Assembly (NCBI GenBank): GCA_001793095.1
Contig: MGHG01000015.1
Span: 1 to 54,496, forward strand
DNA length: 54,496 nucleotides
Direction: 5' to 3'
DNA from: Candidatus Woesebacteria bacterium RIFCSPLOWO2_01_FULL_39_23
Lineage (GTDB): Bacteria > Patescibacteriota > Microgenomatia > UBA8517
Part shown: positions 28,264 through 37,617 of the stretch, in pieces
How positions within the stretch are numbered: position 1 is the stretch's first letter
How the letters are laid out: each line of letters begins with the position of its first letter
Made by a program: the position numbers and the translations under genes
The notes under the pieces: generated by a model
Told to the model about the DNA's origin: nothing
The model's database searches: none
The model's input: only the letters and a program-made list of their open reading frames with translations

Positions 28264-29877
28264 ATGAACATTGTTAATAACATATTACTAAATGCAATTA
28301 TAGTAATTTTGATAACAGTAAGCTCATTTTATTTAGGTTTACTTGCCTACAGGGAAAATAGAAAATCCTCTTCAAACCGAATCTTTGCACGTTTCGCTAT
28401 AGCTACAGCATTATGGATCTTATTAGCTTTTATTCCTGATGTACCATACTTCCGGGGTATCGCGTTGATTAGCGCTAAACTAAATTATTTAGCTTTATTA
28501 GTAGTAGGTTTCACATTAATTGAGCTTCCATTCTATTTTCCTCACGAACGTAGAATAAACCCCTATTTAAAATATCCTATTTTAGGAATTGCAGTGATTT
28601 TAGGAATTCTTACCTTGTTTACAGATAAAGTAATTGCGGGATTAAGTTTTTTTGAGTGGGGTACAAGCTATGTTGATGGTGAGTTCGCAGGTCCTATTTA
28701 TCTTTATATGATGTTGGCGCCAATAATTTCATTTATTCAATATGTGTTTCTTTGGAAAAAAATCGATCAACAGGATAAAAGAAGGGTGAAGTTATTTCTA
28801 ATGGGACTTTTTATATTTATGGCTGTAAATATTATTGCTCAATCGATAGTTGAACCTCTTATTACTCATACTGATGAGTTTTATAAAATTGGGAATTACT
28901 CTGCGATCTTTATGATAGTCTTGACGAGTTATGCAATTGTTAAATACGAGTTGTTTAATATTAAGGTACTTGCAACTGAAATAATTACAGTAGCTCTTTG
29001 GGTAATATTATTTTCCAAGATTCTTGTATCAACTTCTCTTACTGAGACGATAGTTAATAGTTCTATCTTCATTCTCGTTCTAGTTTTTGGGATTTTACTA
29101 GTCCGCAGTGTTATGAATGAAGTTAGGCAACGAGAAAAGTTGGCGGAGCTTAACGAGAAATTAAAAGCCTTGGATAAGCAAAAGGATGAATTTATTTCGA
29201 TGGCTGCCCACGAGCTTAGATCCCCTCTTACCGCAATCAAGGGTTATGTCTCGATGATTATTGAAGGAGATACTGGCGATATTCCTGAAAAAGCACGAGA
29301 ATTTTTAGCTGATGCTCAAGCTGTTACTGACCGCTTGGTCAGACTCGTTAATAATATGTTGAATGTCAGTAGGATCGAAGAGGGACGACTTGTTTATCAG
29401 CTTGAGACAACTTCTCTTATCAGAGCAGTTCAGGAAATTTATTTTGCATTCAGAGTTGAGGCTGAAAGAAAAGGCTTAAAAATTACTATGGATATTCCGG
29501 ATGGTATCAAGGATCAGGTGTATGTCGATCCCGACAGAGTCCGCGAAGTAATTAGTAATCTCGTTAGTAATGCCATAAAGTTTACCGTAAAGGGTTCGGT
29601 CACGATCAAGATGCGCAATCCCACTCCCGGTACGGTAAAAGTAGAAGTAATTGATACCGGTCCTGGCATTTCGACGGAAGAACAGGTAAAGCTTTTCCAG
29701 AAATTTTATAGAGCGGAGTCAACGGCAGGTAAAACTTTCGGAACAGGGCTGGGTCTTTATATTACAAGACTTTTAATTGAGAAATTCGGTGGTAAAATTG
29801 GAGTAGAATCGCAAGTAGATCGCGGAAGCAATTTCTGGTTTGAGCTTCCGGTATCAAAAGGTGCTACAATTAAATAA
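28264..29877 (+). CDS. Sensor histidine kinase with multi-TM (HisKA_7TM-like) input domain
   Basis: Multi-TM N-terminus; H-box AAHELRSPL, N-box NLVSNAIKF, DTGPGI, GTGLGL. Confidence 0.92.
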   Translation: MNIVNNILLNAIIVILITVSSFYLGLLAYRENRKSSSNRIFARFAIATALWILLAFIPDVPYFRGIALISAKLNYLALLVVGFTLIELPFYFPHERRINPYLKYPILGIAVILGILTLFTDKVIAGLSFFEWGTSYVDGEFAGPIYLYMMLAPIISFIQYVFLWKKIDQQDKRRVKLFLMGLFIFMAVNIIAQSIVEPLITHTDEFYKIGNYSAIFMIVLTSYAIVKYELFNIKVLATEIITVALWVILFSKILVSTSLTETIVNSSIFILVLVFGILLVRSVMNEVRQREKLAELNEKLKALDKQKDEFISMAAHELRSPLTAIKGYVSMIIEGDTGDIPEKAREFLADAQAVTDRLVRLVNNMLNVSRIEEGRLVYQLETTSLIRAVQEIYFAFRVEAERKGLKITMDIPDGIKDQVYVDPDRVREVISNLVSNAIKFTVKGSVTIKMRNPTPGTVKVEVIDTGPGISTEEQVKLFQKFYRAESTAGKTFGTGLGLYITRLLIEKFGGKIGVESQVDRGSNFWFELPVSKGATIK

Positions 29878-29881
29878 TACT

Positions 29882-30259
29882 ATGGCTGAGGAGGGTAAAA
29901 AGAAGGTATTAATTATTGAAGACGACCCGTTCCTCCTAAAAATATATCAGGAGAAATTTACGGGTGAGGGTTTTGATGTAGTAACTGCTGAGGATGGTGT
30001 AGAAGGATTGAGGTTGGCAAAGGAGGGTAATCTTAATATTGTAATTTTGGACATTTTAATTCCCAAACTTTCCGGGGTTGATCTACTTCTTAAACTGCGG
30101 GAAGATGATAAAGGAAAGACTCTTCCGGTAATTGCTCTTACTAATCTTACCCAACCGGAGGAGCAACAAAAAGTAATGACTTTGGGCGTTAAGGAATACC
30201 TTGTTAAAAGCGACTATACTCCGAACCAAGTTGTCGAAAAAATCAGAAAGTATATCTGA
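29882..30259 (+). CDS. Single-domain response regulator
   Basis: IIEDD, ILDILIP, LTN, YLVK. Confidence 0.92.
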   Translation: MAEEGKKKVLIIEDDPFLLKIYQEKFTGEGFDVVTAEDGVEGLRLAKEGNLNIVILDILIPKLSGVDLLLKLREDDKGKTLPVIALTNLTQPEEQQKVMTLGVKEYLVKSDYTPNQVVEKIRKYI

Positions 30260-30261
30260 CC

Positions 30262-30870
30262 TTACCCCCTAGGCCGCGTGAGAACGAATACTAATCCGAG
30301 TATTGCTATCAGTGCGAGGCCTGACGCGAGTCCGGCTCTTTTAAGTCCCAGAAGAAGTCGGTCTTTAGCCGAAGATTTTGGAGTTGGGGTTTCTTCCGGT
30401 GTCGTAGTTTCTTCATCACCACCCGACGTCGGAGCAGGAGAACCGGGTTTTTCCAAGAAAGTAATCGGTTTGATAGAACCTTTCATGACGACATTCCCGG
30501 CTGGAGCTTTGGTGTTGGGATTTTCTTCAGTTGTAACAAAGAGAGAGGTAAAAGCAGGTTTAACATCAAATTGAGCTTTCCCCAATCCTAACGCTCCAAC
30601 TTTTACTGGGGCGCTGGCATCCGCCGGATTTGCCCAAAGAATATATGAGAAGATTGTGTTATCAACCGGGTATAGTATGTCACGGCAGGACACGGTTACT
30701 TTATAAACTAAATTTTGCATTTGGAGAGATGCAGCAAAACATCTGTAAGTGTTGTCGTTTGTACTTCTGAGTTCAAATGTTCCCTCTGATGCAAAAGCAC
30801 TACCTTTTGAGATTAAAAATAGACCACTTGCAAGAATTAATGATGTTACTAAAATAGTTCTTTTTTTCAT
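30262..30870 (-). CDS. Hypothetical surface protein (signal peptide, C-terminal TM)
   Basis: AFA signal cleavage site, P/T/E linker, C-terminal hydrophobic helix plus RPRG. Confidence 0.65.
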   Translation of the reverse strand: MKKRTILVTSLILASGLFLISKGSAFASEGTFELRSTNDNTYRCFAASLQMQNLVYKVTVSCRDILYPVDNTIFSYILWANPADASAPVKVGALGLGKAQFDVKPAFTSLFVTTEENPNTKAPAGNVVMKGSIKPITFLEKPGSPAPTSGGDEETTTPEETPTPKSSAKDRLLLGLKRAGLASGLALIAILGLVFVLTRPRG

Positions 30871-30959
30871 GCAACTTAGGTAATTATATACTTATTCTCT
30901 TTTGCTTTGCAATTTGAATGATTGAAAAGAGGGTATATCTGATTTAATATGAATCTAGC

Positions 30960-31418
30960 ATGAATGGGCAAAATTCTACCACCAACCAGAAACAAAATCC
31001 GGTTCAGGCAGCCCCTGCCCCGAATATCGGCTCGGAAAACATTAGCCTGCCGGTTATTCTTCTCGTCGAAGACGATCCGGTTCTTTCGAAGATGTATACC
31101 GAAAAATTTAAATTTGAGGGCTTCAGTGTCCTGACTGCTGCGAATGGTGAAGACGGACTACACGTTGCATTAACCCAAAAAGTTGACTTGATACTACTTG
31201 ACTTGATGCTTCCGAGACTTTCCGGGACCGAACTATTAGCAAGACTGCGTGAAGATCCGAAAGGTAAGGGAGTAGTTGTCGTGGCTTTAACAAATCTTGC
31301 TGAGGAAGAGGAAAAACAGAAAGCAATTCAACTCGGAGTTAAGGAATATTTAATCAAAGCCATGCAAACACCCGAGGAAGTAGTCAAAAAGGTCAAGGGT
31401 TATATAGGAAAGTCTTAA
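30960..31418 (+). CDS. Single-domain response regulator
   Basis: LVEDD, LLDLMLP, LTN, YLIK; paralogue of 29882. Confidence 0.92.
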   Translation: MNGQNSTTNQKQNPVQAAPAPNIGSENISLPVILLVEDDPVLSKMYTEKFKFEGFSVLTAANGEDGLHVALTQKVDLILLDLMLPRLSGTELLARLREDPKGKGVVVVALTNLAEEEEKQKAIQLGVKEYLIKAMQTPEEVVKKVKGYIGKS

Positions 31419-33076
31419 TATAGCTTTTCTACGTATTCTTCGAACATTCTTTTTGCAGAAAATGCTTTGGCAGTATCAATTGATTTTTTCATCCTTTCAA
31501 TCCAGAGTTTTGGGAGACCTTCGGCGTTTCTGTCGTAATATAGTGGCGCGATTTCGTTCTCAAGGAGTTTATAGAAGTCATCGGCCACGTTATCTGGACT
31601 CATAACCCAACCAATTCCGTCCCAATTAACTTCATACGTCCATCCGTCAAGTACCGTACAATTGAGCACACCATTGCCGATAGCCTTCATCCCCGAAGTT
31701 CCGCATGCTTCTAAATTGCCTTTCGGGGTATTTAGCCAGATATCTGACCCGCTCGTCAGATGATTGGCGAGAGATACATTATAATTCGGAATGAAAATAG
31801 CGTGCCCCGATAGGTCAGTTGAAAAAATTTTAATTATTTCTTCAATAATAGATTTTGCGTGAGGGTCGGCAGAATGGGAGTTACCAGCAAAAAGGAGTTG
31901 TATCGGTTTATCGGTAGTCGAAAGAATGTTTTTTAATCTTGCAATATCGGAAAATATAGCTTTCGGTTGTTTATATTCTGCCAGTCTTCTTGCCCAGGTA
32001 ATAACTAAGTGATTCGGGTCATAACCGAAACCTGTTCTTTGAATAACAGTTTCGACAAGCTCTCTTTTTTTAAGCATATGGAGATGCCATAAATCTTCAT
32101 CGCTGATGTTAATCTCTCTGTAATCGCTGTCCTGCCAGCGCTCACTACTTACGCCATTTGTTATGTATGTCCAGGTATAGTTCGGGTAAGCTTCCTTGCA
32201 ATATTTTTCGTGGATTTTGCTGACGGCGGTATGTTTACTGGAAATGTTCAGTGCAAATTGTGTAATAGCGAAAGTATTAGCATCTTGTGCTCCGTCTCTA
32301 ATAAGAAGGTCAGTGTCGACTCCTGCTTCCTTTGCAAACGCTTGACCCCACCACTGAAGAGTTCCAAGGGGATAAGTTAGATTACCCGCGGCGACGAGTG
32401 TGTGATTGGTGTAAACTATTTTTTTGACTGCTTTTTTCCAACCTTCATTGAAACTAACCCTCTCGGCAACAGAGATATTTTTGGCGATTTCCCAAATGAT
32501 AAAACCGGGACGGCCCTCATTGATATGATAAATTCTTGGAGTTATTCCGAGCTTTTCCAGTAGTTTAACTCCCCCAACCCCTAAAAGTATTTGCTGACGG
32601 ATTTGACTACCGGTATCTCCATGGTACAGGGCATCCATATCCGATATCCATTCCGGCGGATTACCGTCGACGTCGGTTGATAAGAAAAAAAGAATTGCGG
32701 TGTCCGAGAGTCTGATGTGGTAAGACTTGAATTTTATTTCTCCCGTCGGAGATGGAAGAGTTAGAATTAAGGGTTTACCGGCTTCAGTTGTTGGTCTAAG
32801 AAACGATGCATCATGATCAAATTCCGAATCCCGCTTTTCTTCTCTGGCATCGGCCGTAATGTGCTGATTAAACTCTTTGCCTTTATAAAGAATTCCCACT
32901 CCGACGAAGGGGTAATGAGCCGTTGCGGCAGCATTGATAAGATCAGATGACAGAACACCTAAACCTCCGGAGTAGGTAGGAAGATCATTATCTATTGCAA
33001 ATTCACTGCAAAAAAATGCGACAGGATTTTTTATTTCAGGCAGTTTCACTTTATTAAATGTAGCATTCAACAACAT
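31415..33076 (-). CDS. glgP: Alpha-glucan (glycogen/maltodextrin) phosphorylase
   Basis: YSGGLGVL, HINEG, TNHT, ITNGV, ARRLAEYK, PLP motif EACGTSGMKA. Confidence 0.9.
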   Translation of the reverse strand: MLLNATFNKVKLPEIKNPVAFFCSEFAIDNDLPTYSGGLGVLSSDLINAAATAHYPFVGVGILYKGKEFNQHITADAREEKRDSEFDHDASFLRPTTEAGKPLILTLPSPTGEIKFKSYHIRLSDTAILFFLSTDVDGNPPEWISDMDALYHGDTGSQIRQQILLGVGGVKLLEKLGITPRIYHINEGRPGFIIWEIAKNISVAERVSFNEGWKKAVKKIVYTNHTLVAAGNLTYPLGTLQWWGQAFAKEAGVDTDLLIRDGAQDANTFAITQFALNISSKHTAVSKIHEKYCKEAYPNYTWTYITNGVSSERWQDSDYREINISDEDLWHLHMLKKRELVETVIQRTGFGYDPNHLVITWARRLAEYKQPKAIFSDIARLKNILSTTDKPIQLLFAGNSHSADPHAKSIIEEIIKIFSTDLSGHAIFIPNYNVSLANHLTSGSDIWLNTPKGNLEACGTSGMKAIGNGVLNCTVLDGWTYEVNWDGIGWVMSPDNVADDFYKLLENEIAPLYYDRNAEGLPKLWIERMKKSIDTAKAFSAKRMFEEYVEKLY

Positions 33077-33125
33077 TTAGTTAAAGTACGTAGTGTTTTG
33101 TAATATAATAGTTGAGGTTAGCAAT

Positions 33126-34766
33126 ATGAATGAAAATAGTGAAAAAATCGATGAGTTTACCCTTAGTCGGGAAATTCTGAATTTAATTGATAGTTATAAA
33201 GAAGCGGGAGGTGGTAAAAAGAACGGCTCGATAGAATCGACGATAAAGGTCAGCCAGGTATTAGGACCGCTTGCTTTTTTTTATGAAAGGGTGAGAAACG
33301 CTCTCGAATACAAGGGTGAACACCTGATTAAAAGAAATGCAATTGAACGCATGCTCAGGCGGCAAATTTGGGAAAGACGCTCGCACGATCCAAAAATCCT
33401 TGCGGATACCTTAATAAAAGAGCTTATTTGGGCACGGTATGTTAAAAACGATTCTGTTCCAAAAAGAAAACTGACACTGATCAGTAAAATTATTGCTAAA
33501 TACCTCAAGATCTTCGCAGCCCTCTCAAGAACCGCCGACAATTATAATTACACCGACTTGAAAGATTGGCTTTTGGGAATATTTTCATGCGAGATTGAAG
33601 AAGTTCTTGACTCCTCTTATTTCTATAAAGAAGCACTCAATTATGCTGTCTTTTCTTGGTTTAAGAAGAACTACGAATGGCTTGACGGCGGATTAAGCCA
33701 GAAGGAAAAAGAAACGCAAATTTTTATTGCGGTTCACCGGAGTTTATCGAAATCGGATAAAGCCGGCATTCGCTACAGACTGCTAAAGGTTTATTATCCA
33801 TCCTGGATTGAAATGAAGGACGAAGAATTTCCAGTAAACTTGGAAAAACTTATCAATTCATATCGAGAAATTGAAAAGGAAATAACTTCCCCCTATCAGT
33901 CGAAGATGTATCGTTTTGTCCAAAGACAATCGGCTGCCTTTCTAGTTTTAAGAGAGGTGATTGGTGATAATCCGGAACTGGCAATGGATGTAATAAATAA
34001 ACCCCAGAAACTCGAGGCTAAAATAAAAGAGGTATGTAGCAATAAATACTCACAAATCAGAAGGCGGGTAAATAGAGGAATTTTACGGAGTATTATTTAT
34101 ATCTTTTTAACGAAAGTTTTATTGGCTATACTAATCGAAGCTCCGTACGAAATTTTCTTTAAAGACAGATTTAATGTTGTACCTATTTTGATAAATGTGA
34201 TGTTCCCGCCTTTTTTAATGTTTTTAGTGGGCTTGAGTATTAGAAAGCCGGATGAGGATAACACTCAAAGAATTATTACTATTATTAATAGTTTTGTATA
34301 TAGCGGTAGTGATAGTATTAAACAGGAATTTTCTCTTGTATCCAATACCGGGGGTGGTTTGATTTATCGGATATTTTTTGTAATTTACAGCTTACTTTTC
34401 CTGCTAACATTCGGCGGCATTAGTCTTATTTTATTTGACCTCGGCTTTAATATCATGTCGGCAGGAATATTTTTTGTATTTATATCACTCGTCTTACTCT
34501 TTGCTTACCGTATCCGCTACACGGCGGGGGAGTTAAGCGTCAGGGGAGAAAAGGAAAGTTTCATGTCCCACATGATTACCAATCTGGCCTTACCGTTATT
34601 AAATCTTGGCTCGTGGCTTTCGCAAGGACTGCAAAAATTTAATTTTTTGCTTCTTTTTATGGATTTCCTTATTGAGGCACCCCTGAAAAATATTATTCGT
34701 GTCTTTGAAGAGTGGACAAGTTTTATTAAAGAGAAGAGGGAAGAAGTAGTTGAAGTCCCGAACTAG
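33126..34766 (+). CDS. Hypothetical integral membrane protein
   Basis: Long soluble N-terminus then several TM helices; no family recognised. Confidence 0.7.
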   Translation: MNENSEKIDEFTLSREILNLIDSYKEAGGGKKNGSIESTIKVSQVLGPLAFFYERVRNALEYKGEHLIKRNAIERMLRRQIWERRSHDPKILADTLIKELIWARYVKNDSVPKRKLTLISKIIAKYLKIFAALSRTADNYNYTDLKDWLLGIFSCEIEEVLDSSYFYKEALNYAVFSWFKKNYEWLDGGLSQKEKETQIFIAVHRSLSKSDKAGIRYRLLKVYYPSWIEMKDEEFPVNLEKLINSYREIEKEITSPYQSKMYRFVQRQSAAFLVLREVIGDNPELAMDVINKPQKLEAKIKEVCSNKYSQIRRRVNRGILRSIIYIFLTKVLLAILIEAPYEIFFKDRFNVVPILINVMFPPFLMFLVGLSIRKPDEDNTQRIITIINSFVYSGSDSIKQEFSLVSNTGGGLIYRIFFVIYSLLFLLTFGGISLILFDLGFNIMSAGIFFVFISLVLLFAYRIRYTAGELSVRGEKESFMSHMITNLALPLLNLGSWLSQGLQKFNFLLLFMDFLIEAPLKNIIRVFEEWTSFIKEKREEVVEVPN

Positions 34767-34774
34767 GTGTTACT

Positions 34775-35389
34775 TCATCCCATTGCTGCAACGTAATTTC
34801 TTGCGACTTCTTGCCAATTTACGATATTCCACCAGGCTCTGATATATTCTGCGCGGCGATTTTGGTATTTAAGATAGTATGCATGTTCCCAAACATCGAT
34901 TCCAAGTATTGGAACATTGTCGTCGGATAAAGGGTTATTTTGGAAAGAATGTTTCTTTAGCGACAACTTTTTATCGGGAGTTAGGATAAGAAATGCCCAA
35001 CCGCTGCCGAAAACGCCCATGGCTTTAGTTGTAAATTCTTCTTTAAATATGTCGATTGATCCAAAGGTTGAATTGATGGCATCTTTTAATTCCTCCGAAG
35101 GCGGTGATGAGTCAGCCTCGGAAGCCATTATATTCCAAAAAAAGCTGTGGTTAGCGTGACCACCTCCGTTATTGATTACGCCTTGTTTAATATCGGCGGG
35201 TAAGTCATCGAGGTTTGATAATATTGTTTCGATACTTTTTTCATAAAATTGCGGATATGGCTCCAGCAATTTATTGAGATTGTCAACGTAAGCTCCGTGG
35301 TGTTTATCATGGTGGATTGTCATAGTTTCCTTATCTATGAAAGGCTCAAGTGCGTCGTAGTCGTACGGTAAGTCGGGTAGAGTAAACAT
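34775..35389 (-). CDS. sodA: Mn/Fe superoxide dismutase
   Basis: LPY.YDALEP, HHDKHH, NGGGHANH, FGSGW, DVWEHAYY. Confidence 0.95.
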   Translation of the reverse strand: MFTLPDLPYDYDALEPFIDKETMTIHHDKHHGAYVDNLNKLLEPYPQFYEKSIETILSNLDDLPADIKQGVINNGGGHANHSFFWNIMASEADSSPPSEELKDAINSTFGSIDIFKEEFTTKAMGVFGSGWAFLILTPDKKLSLKKHSFQNNPLSDDNVPILGIDVWEHAYYLKYQNRRAEYIRAWWNIVNWQEVARNYVAAMG

Positions 35390-35614
35390 AATTAATTATT
35401 GCCAGAGAGCATATATTTATCTGTAATAATAATTACACTATTTGTATTATAGCTAATACCCAAATTGCTACTTGATTTTTAGTTTATCAATTAGTATTAT
35501 TGAGCTCTTCATCCTTATTGATTCCCTTTTTGTTTTTGACAAAGTGGCGTATTTTAAGCGCCTTGCAAACTTGCCGAAGCGTAAGCAGTGGCGGGCCTGC
35601 CCACAAAAGATTAT

Positions 35615-35716
35615 ATGCCAAACATGAGAGCTGAAGAAGCATTTTATATCGTTACATTTTTTTCTATGGCAACCTTTTTTCTGGTTTTGATAGGATTGGT
35701 GGGGTTGATTATTTAA
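35615..35716 (+). CDS. Putative 33-aa single-TM peptide (below ORF-track cut-off)
   Basis: MPNMRAEEAFYIVTFFSMATFFLVLIGLVGLII*. Confidence 0.35.
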   Translation: MPNMRAEEAFYIVTFFSMATFFLVLIGLVGLII

Positions 35717-37184
35717 TTACAATACTCACTTCGTTCGAGTATGTAACAATGTGGCCGGCACCGTCATATACGCCGACTCTGAAGTAATAAGTTGTTCCGC
35801 TTGTTAAGCCCGTCCAAGGATAATCCCTTAGCTCGGGTCTGTTTTCATATCTCCCAAGATCCTCGCCGTTTCTGGGGGGGTATGTCGGACCTGGGTTTTG
35901 TGAATATATTAATTTAAAACCTTTAGGAGCGCTTCCTCCTGAAATAGTCCAGGTAAGTTTTGCCTGAGCTGTTGTAGATGACTCAACATTTAAGTTTACG
36001 GACGTTGCGTAATTTCCACTGGTCGATTCGCCTTGCGTAGGCGTAGCTGTTACATCGTTGGAATAGGAAACTATTTTCCCGCTATTATATATACCAACTC
36101 TGAAGTGGTAGGTAGTGCCTGCATTAAGCCCGCTCCAGGTGTAGCTTCTGTTATCGGAGGATATGAATACTGCCTGATCTCCTTCTCTTGCTGGATATGT
36201 CGGATCGGAATTGCGTGAACTTACGACTTTGAAACCGTACGGGGAAGACCCGGTAAGTGTCCAATTTAGTGTTACCTTGCCTGCTCCGGCGGTTGCACTG
36301 AGGGTGAGAGACCCGCTTGCCGGTTGGCCGGATTCGGCAGGTTTAGTTGTCGGTTTTGGGGTAGGGACACTTGTGGTAGTTGGCGTGACGTTTGAACTTT
36401 GTTCCTTGTCTTCATCGAGTATTTTATTCCACTCATAAAAATTTTCGTTTTGCTCGCTCGTGCTGAGTTCCGATGTAGCGAGTTTTTCGCTCTTGTTATC
36501 GTAAGTTGCTTTTTCACCTTTCCCGGCAGTATCTGATTGGGTTTCTTCTCCTTTAGCAGTTATCTGGACACTATTCTCAAAAACCGCAATTTCCGTAGAT
36601 TCTTCTTCCGCATTGCTGGTTACACTGAATTTTGTTCCGAGCGCAGTTGCCAGTACATTTAAACTTTTGACGTTATAGACGAGCGCTCCGGGTTGGACGC
36701 GGTGATAGACACGGCCTTGTAGTTGGGTAATGAGGATAACGGAGTCAGTGAGTGCTGAAAATTGTGCTTCAGTATTTTCGTCAAAACGCACTGAGCTACC
36801 ATCGTCGATTTCGAAGACCGCTTTACTTTCAGCACCAGTCCTGATTTGATCGCCTCCAATAATTTTTTGTCCTTTATCCAGCGACTTCCAAGTCCCGTCC
36901 GTATTTTCAATTTCGACTGTCCCTTCTTTAATAACAAGTACACCCGCAAGTTTGTAATTTTTTGTTTCGGTTATGACGGAATCGGAATTTTCTTTTCCGT
37001 CAGGCTGATTATCTTGAGATAAAAATGTTTTGCCGAGGAAAATTCCAGCCAGGAATATTAAAACAAGAAGTAATACAACAAGTATTGAAATGATATATAA
37101 CTTTTTACCTTTTTTTGGTGGTGTGGGAGTAGTAATAGTTGGTTCGGGGGCTGGTACAGGTGATTTCGGGATAGCGTCGTCCAT
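35709..37184 (-). CDS. Membrane-anchored FecR-domain protein with two FN3-like domains
   Basis: TM; GDQIRTG..S...DGS.VR..ENT and ALGTKFSV (FecR); two repeats W..GL..GTTY.FRVG.Y...YSN.V. Confidence 0.75.
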   Translation of the reverse strand: MDDAIPKSPVPAPEPTITTPTPPKKGKKLYIISILVVLLLVLIFLAGIFLGKTFLSQDNQPDGKENSDSVITETKNYKLAGVLVIKEGTVEIENTDGTWKSLDKGQKIIGGDQIRTGAESKAVFEIDDGSSVRFDENTEAQFSALTDSVILITQLQGRVYHRVQPGALVYNVKSLNVLATALGTKFSVTSNAEEESTEIAVFENSVQITAKGEETQSDTAGKGEKATYDNKSEKLATSELSTSEQNENFYEWNKILDEDKEQSSNVTPTTTSVPTPKPTTKPAESGQPASGSLTLSATAGAGKVTLNWTLTGSSPYGFKVVSSRNSDPTYPAREGDQAVFISSDNRSYTWSGLNAGTTYHFRVGIYNSGKIVSYSNDVTATPTQGESTSGNYATSVNLNVESSTTAQAKLTWTISGGSAPKGFKLIYSQNPGPTYPPRNGEDLGRYENRPELRDYPWTGLTSGTTYYFRVGVYDGAGHIVTYSNEVSIVIK

Positions 37185-37232
37185 ATGCTTACTTAAATAT
37201 TATTTAATAATATGGGATATGTCAAGTTGGGG

Positions 37233-37415
37233 TTACCACGTAAGATACCAGAGTGCGGTTCCCGCTCCCCAGACAATAAAACCCATACCGGCGAGGGGTT
37301 TATTGAAGAAAAATAAAATAATAAGACCTACTAAAATAATAATGTGTATCATAAATCTTCTTAAGAACCTGTTTACTTTGTAGCTGTTAAAAAAGTTCGT
37401 TTGATTATAATCCAT
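37233..37415 (-). CDS. Small hypothetical membrane protein
   Basis: 60-aa ORF with two hydrophobic stretches. Confidence 0.4.
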   Translation of the reverse strand: MDYNQTNFFNSYKVNRFLRRFMIHIIILVGLIILFFFNKPLAGMGFIVWGAGTALWYLTW

Positions 37416-37506
37416 GATTATTTATGGTAACACAAATTTTCAAGGAAATTTTTTGTTTTATGCTAAATTTTGTTTCATCTGTACATTTAAATTTATTATA
37501 GGAACA

Positions 37507-37598
37507 TTCAAGAATGCCCCGCTAAGCGGGGATGAATTGAACGTTCATATGTCATCCTCCTTTAGAGGAGTACCCGAGTTTGACTCGGGAGGATGTCA
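37507..37598 (+). mobile_element. Miniature non-autonomous IS200/IS605-like element (PATE-like), copy 2
   Basis: TTCAAG-hairpin(CCCCGCTAAGCGGGG)-ATGAATTGA ... hairpin(CCCGAGTTTGACTCGGG)-AGGATGTCA. Confidence 0.6.
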
Positions 37599-37617
37599 TG
37601 GGTACAATCGAGTTATC

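Noticed and set aside
37414-37617. 68-aa N-terminal extension of ComM
   Set aside because: It runs through the miniature element; ComM similarity starts at MLAKI (37618).
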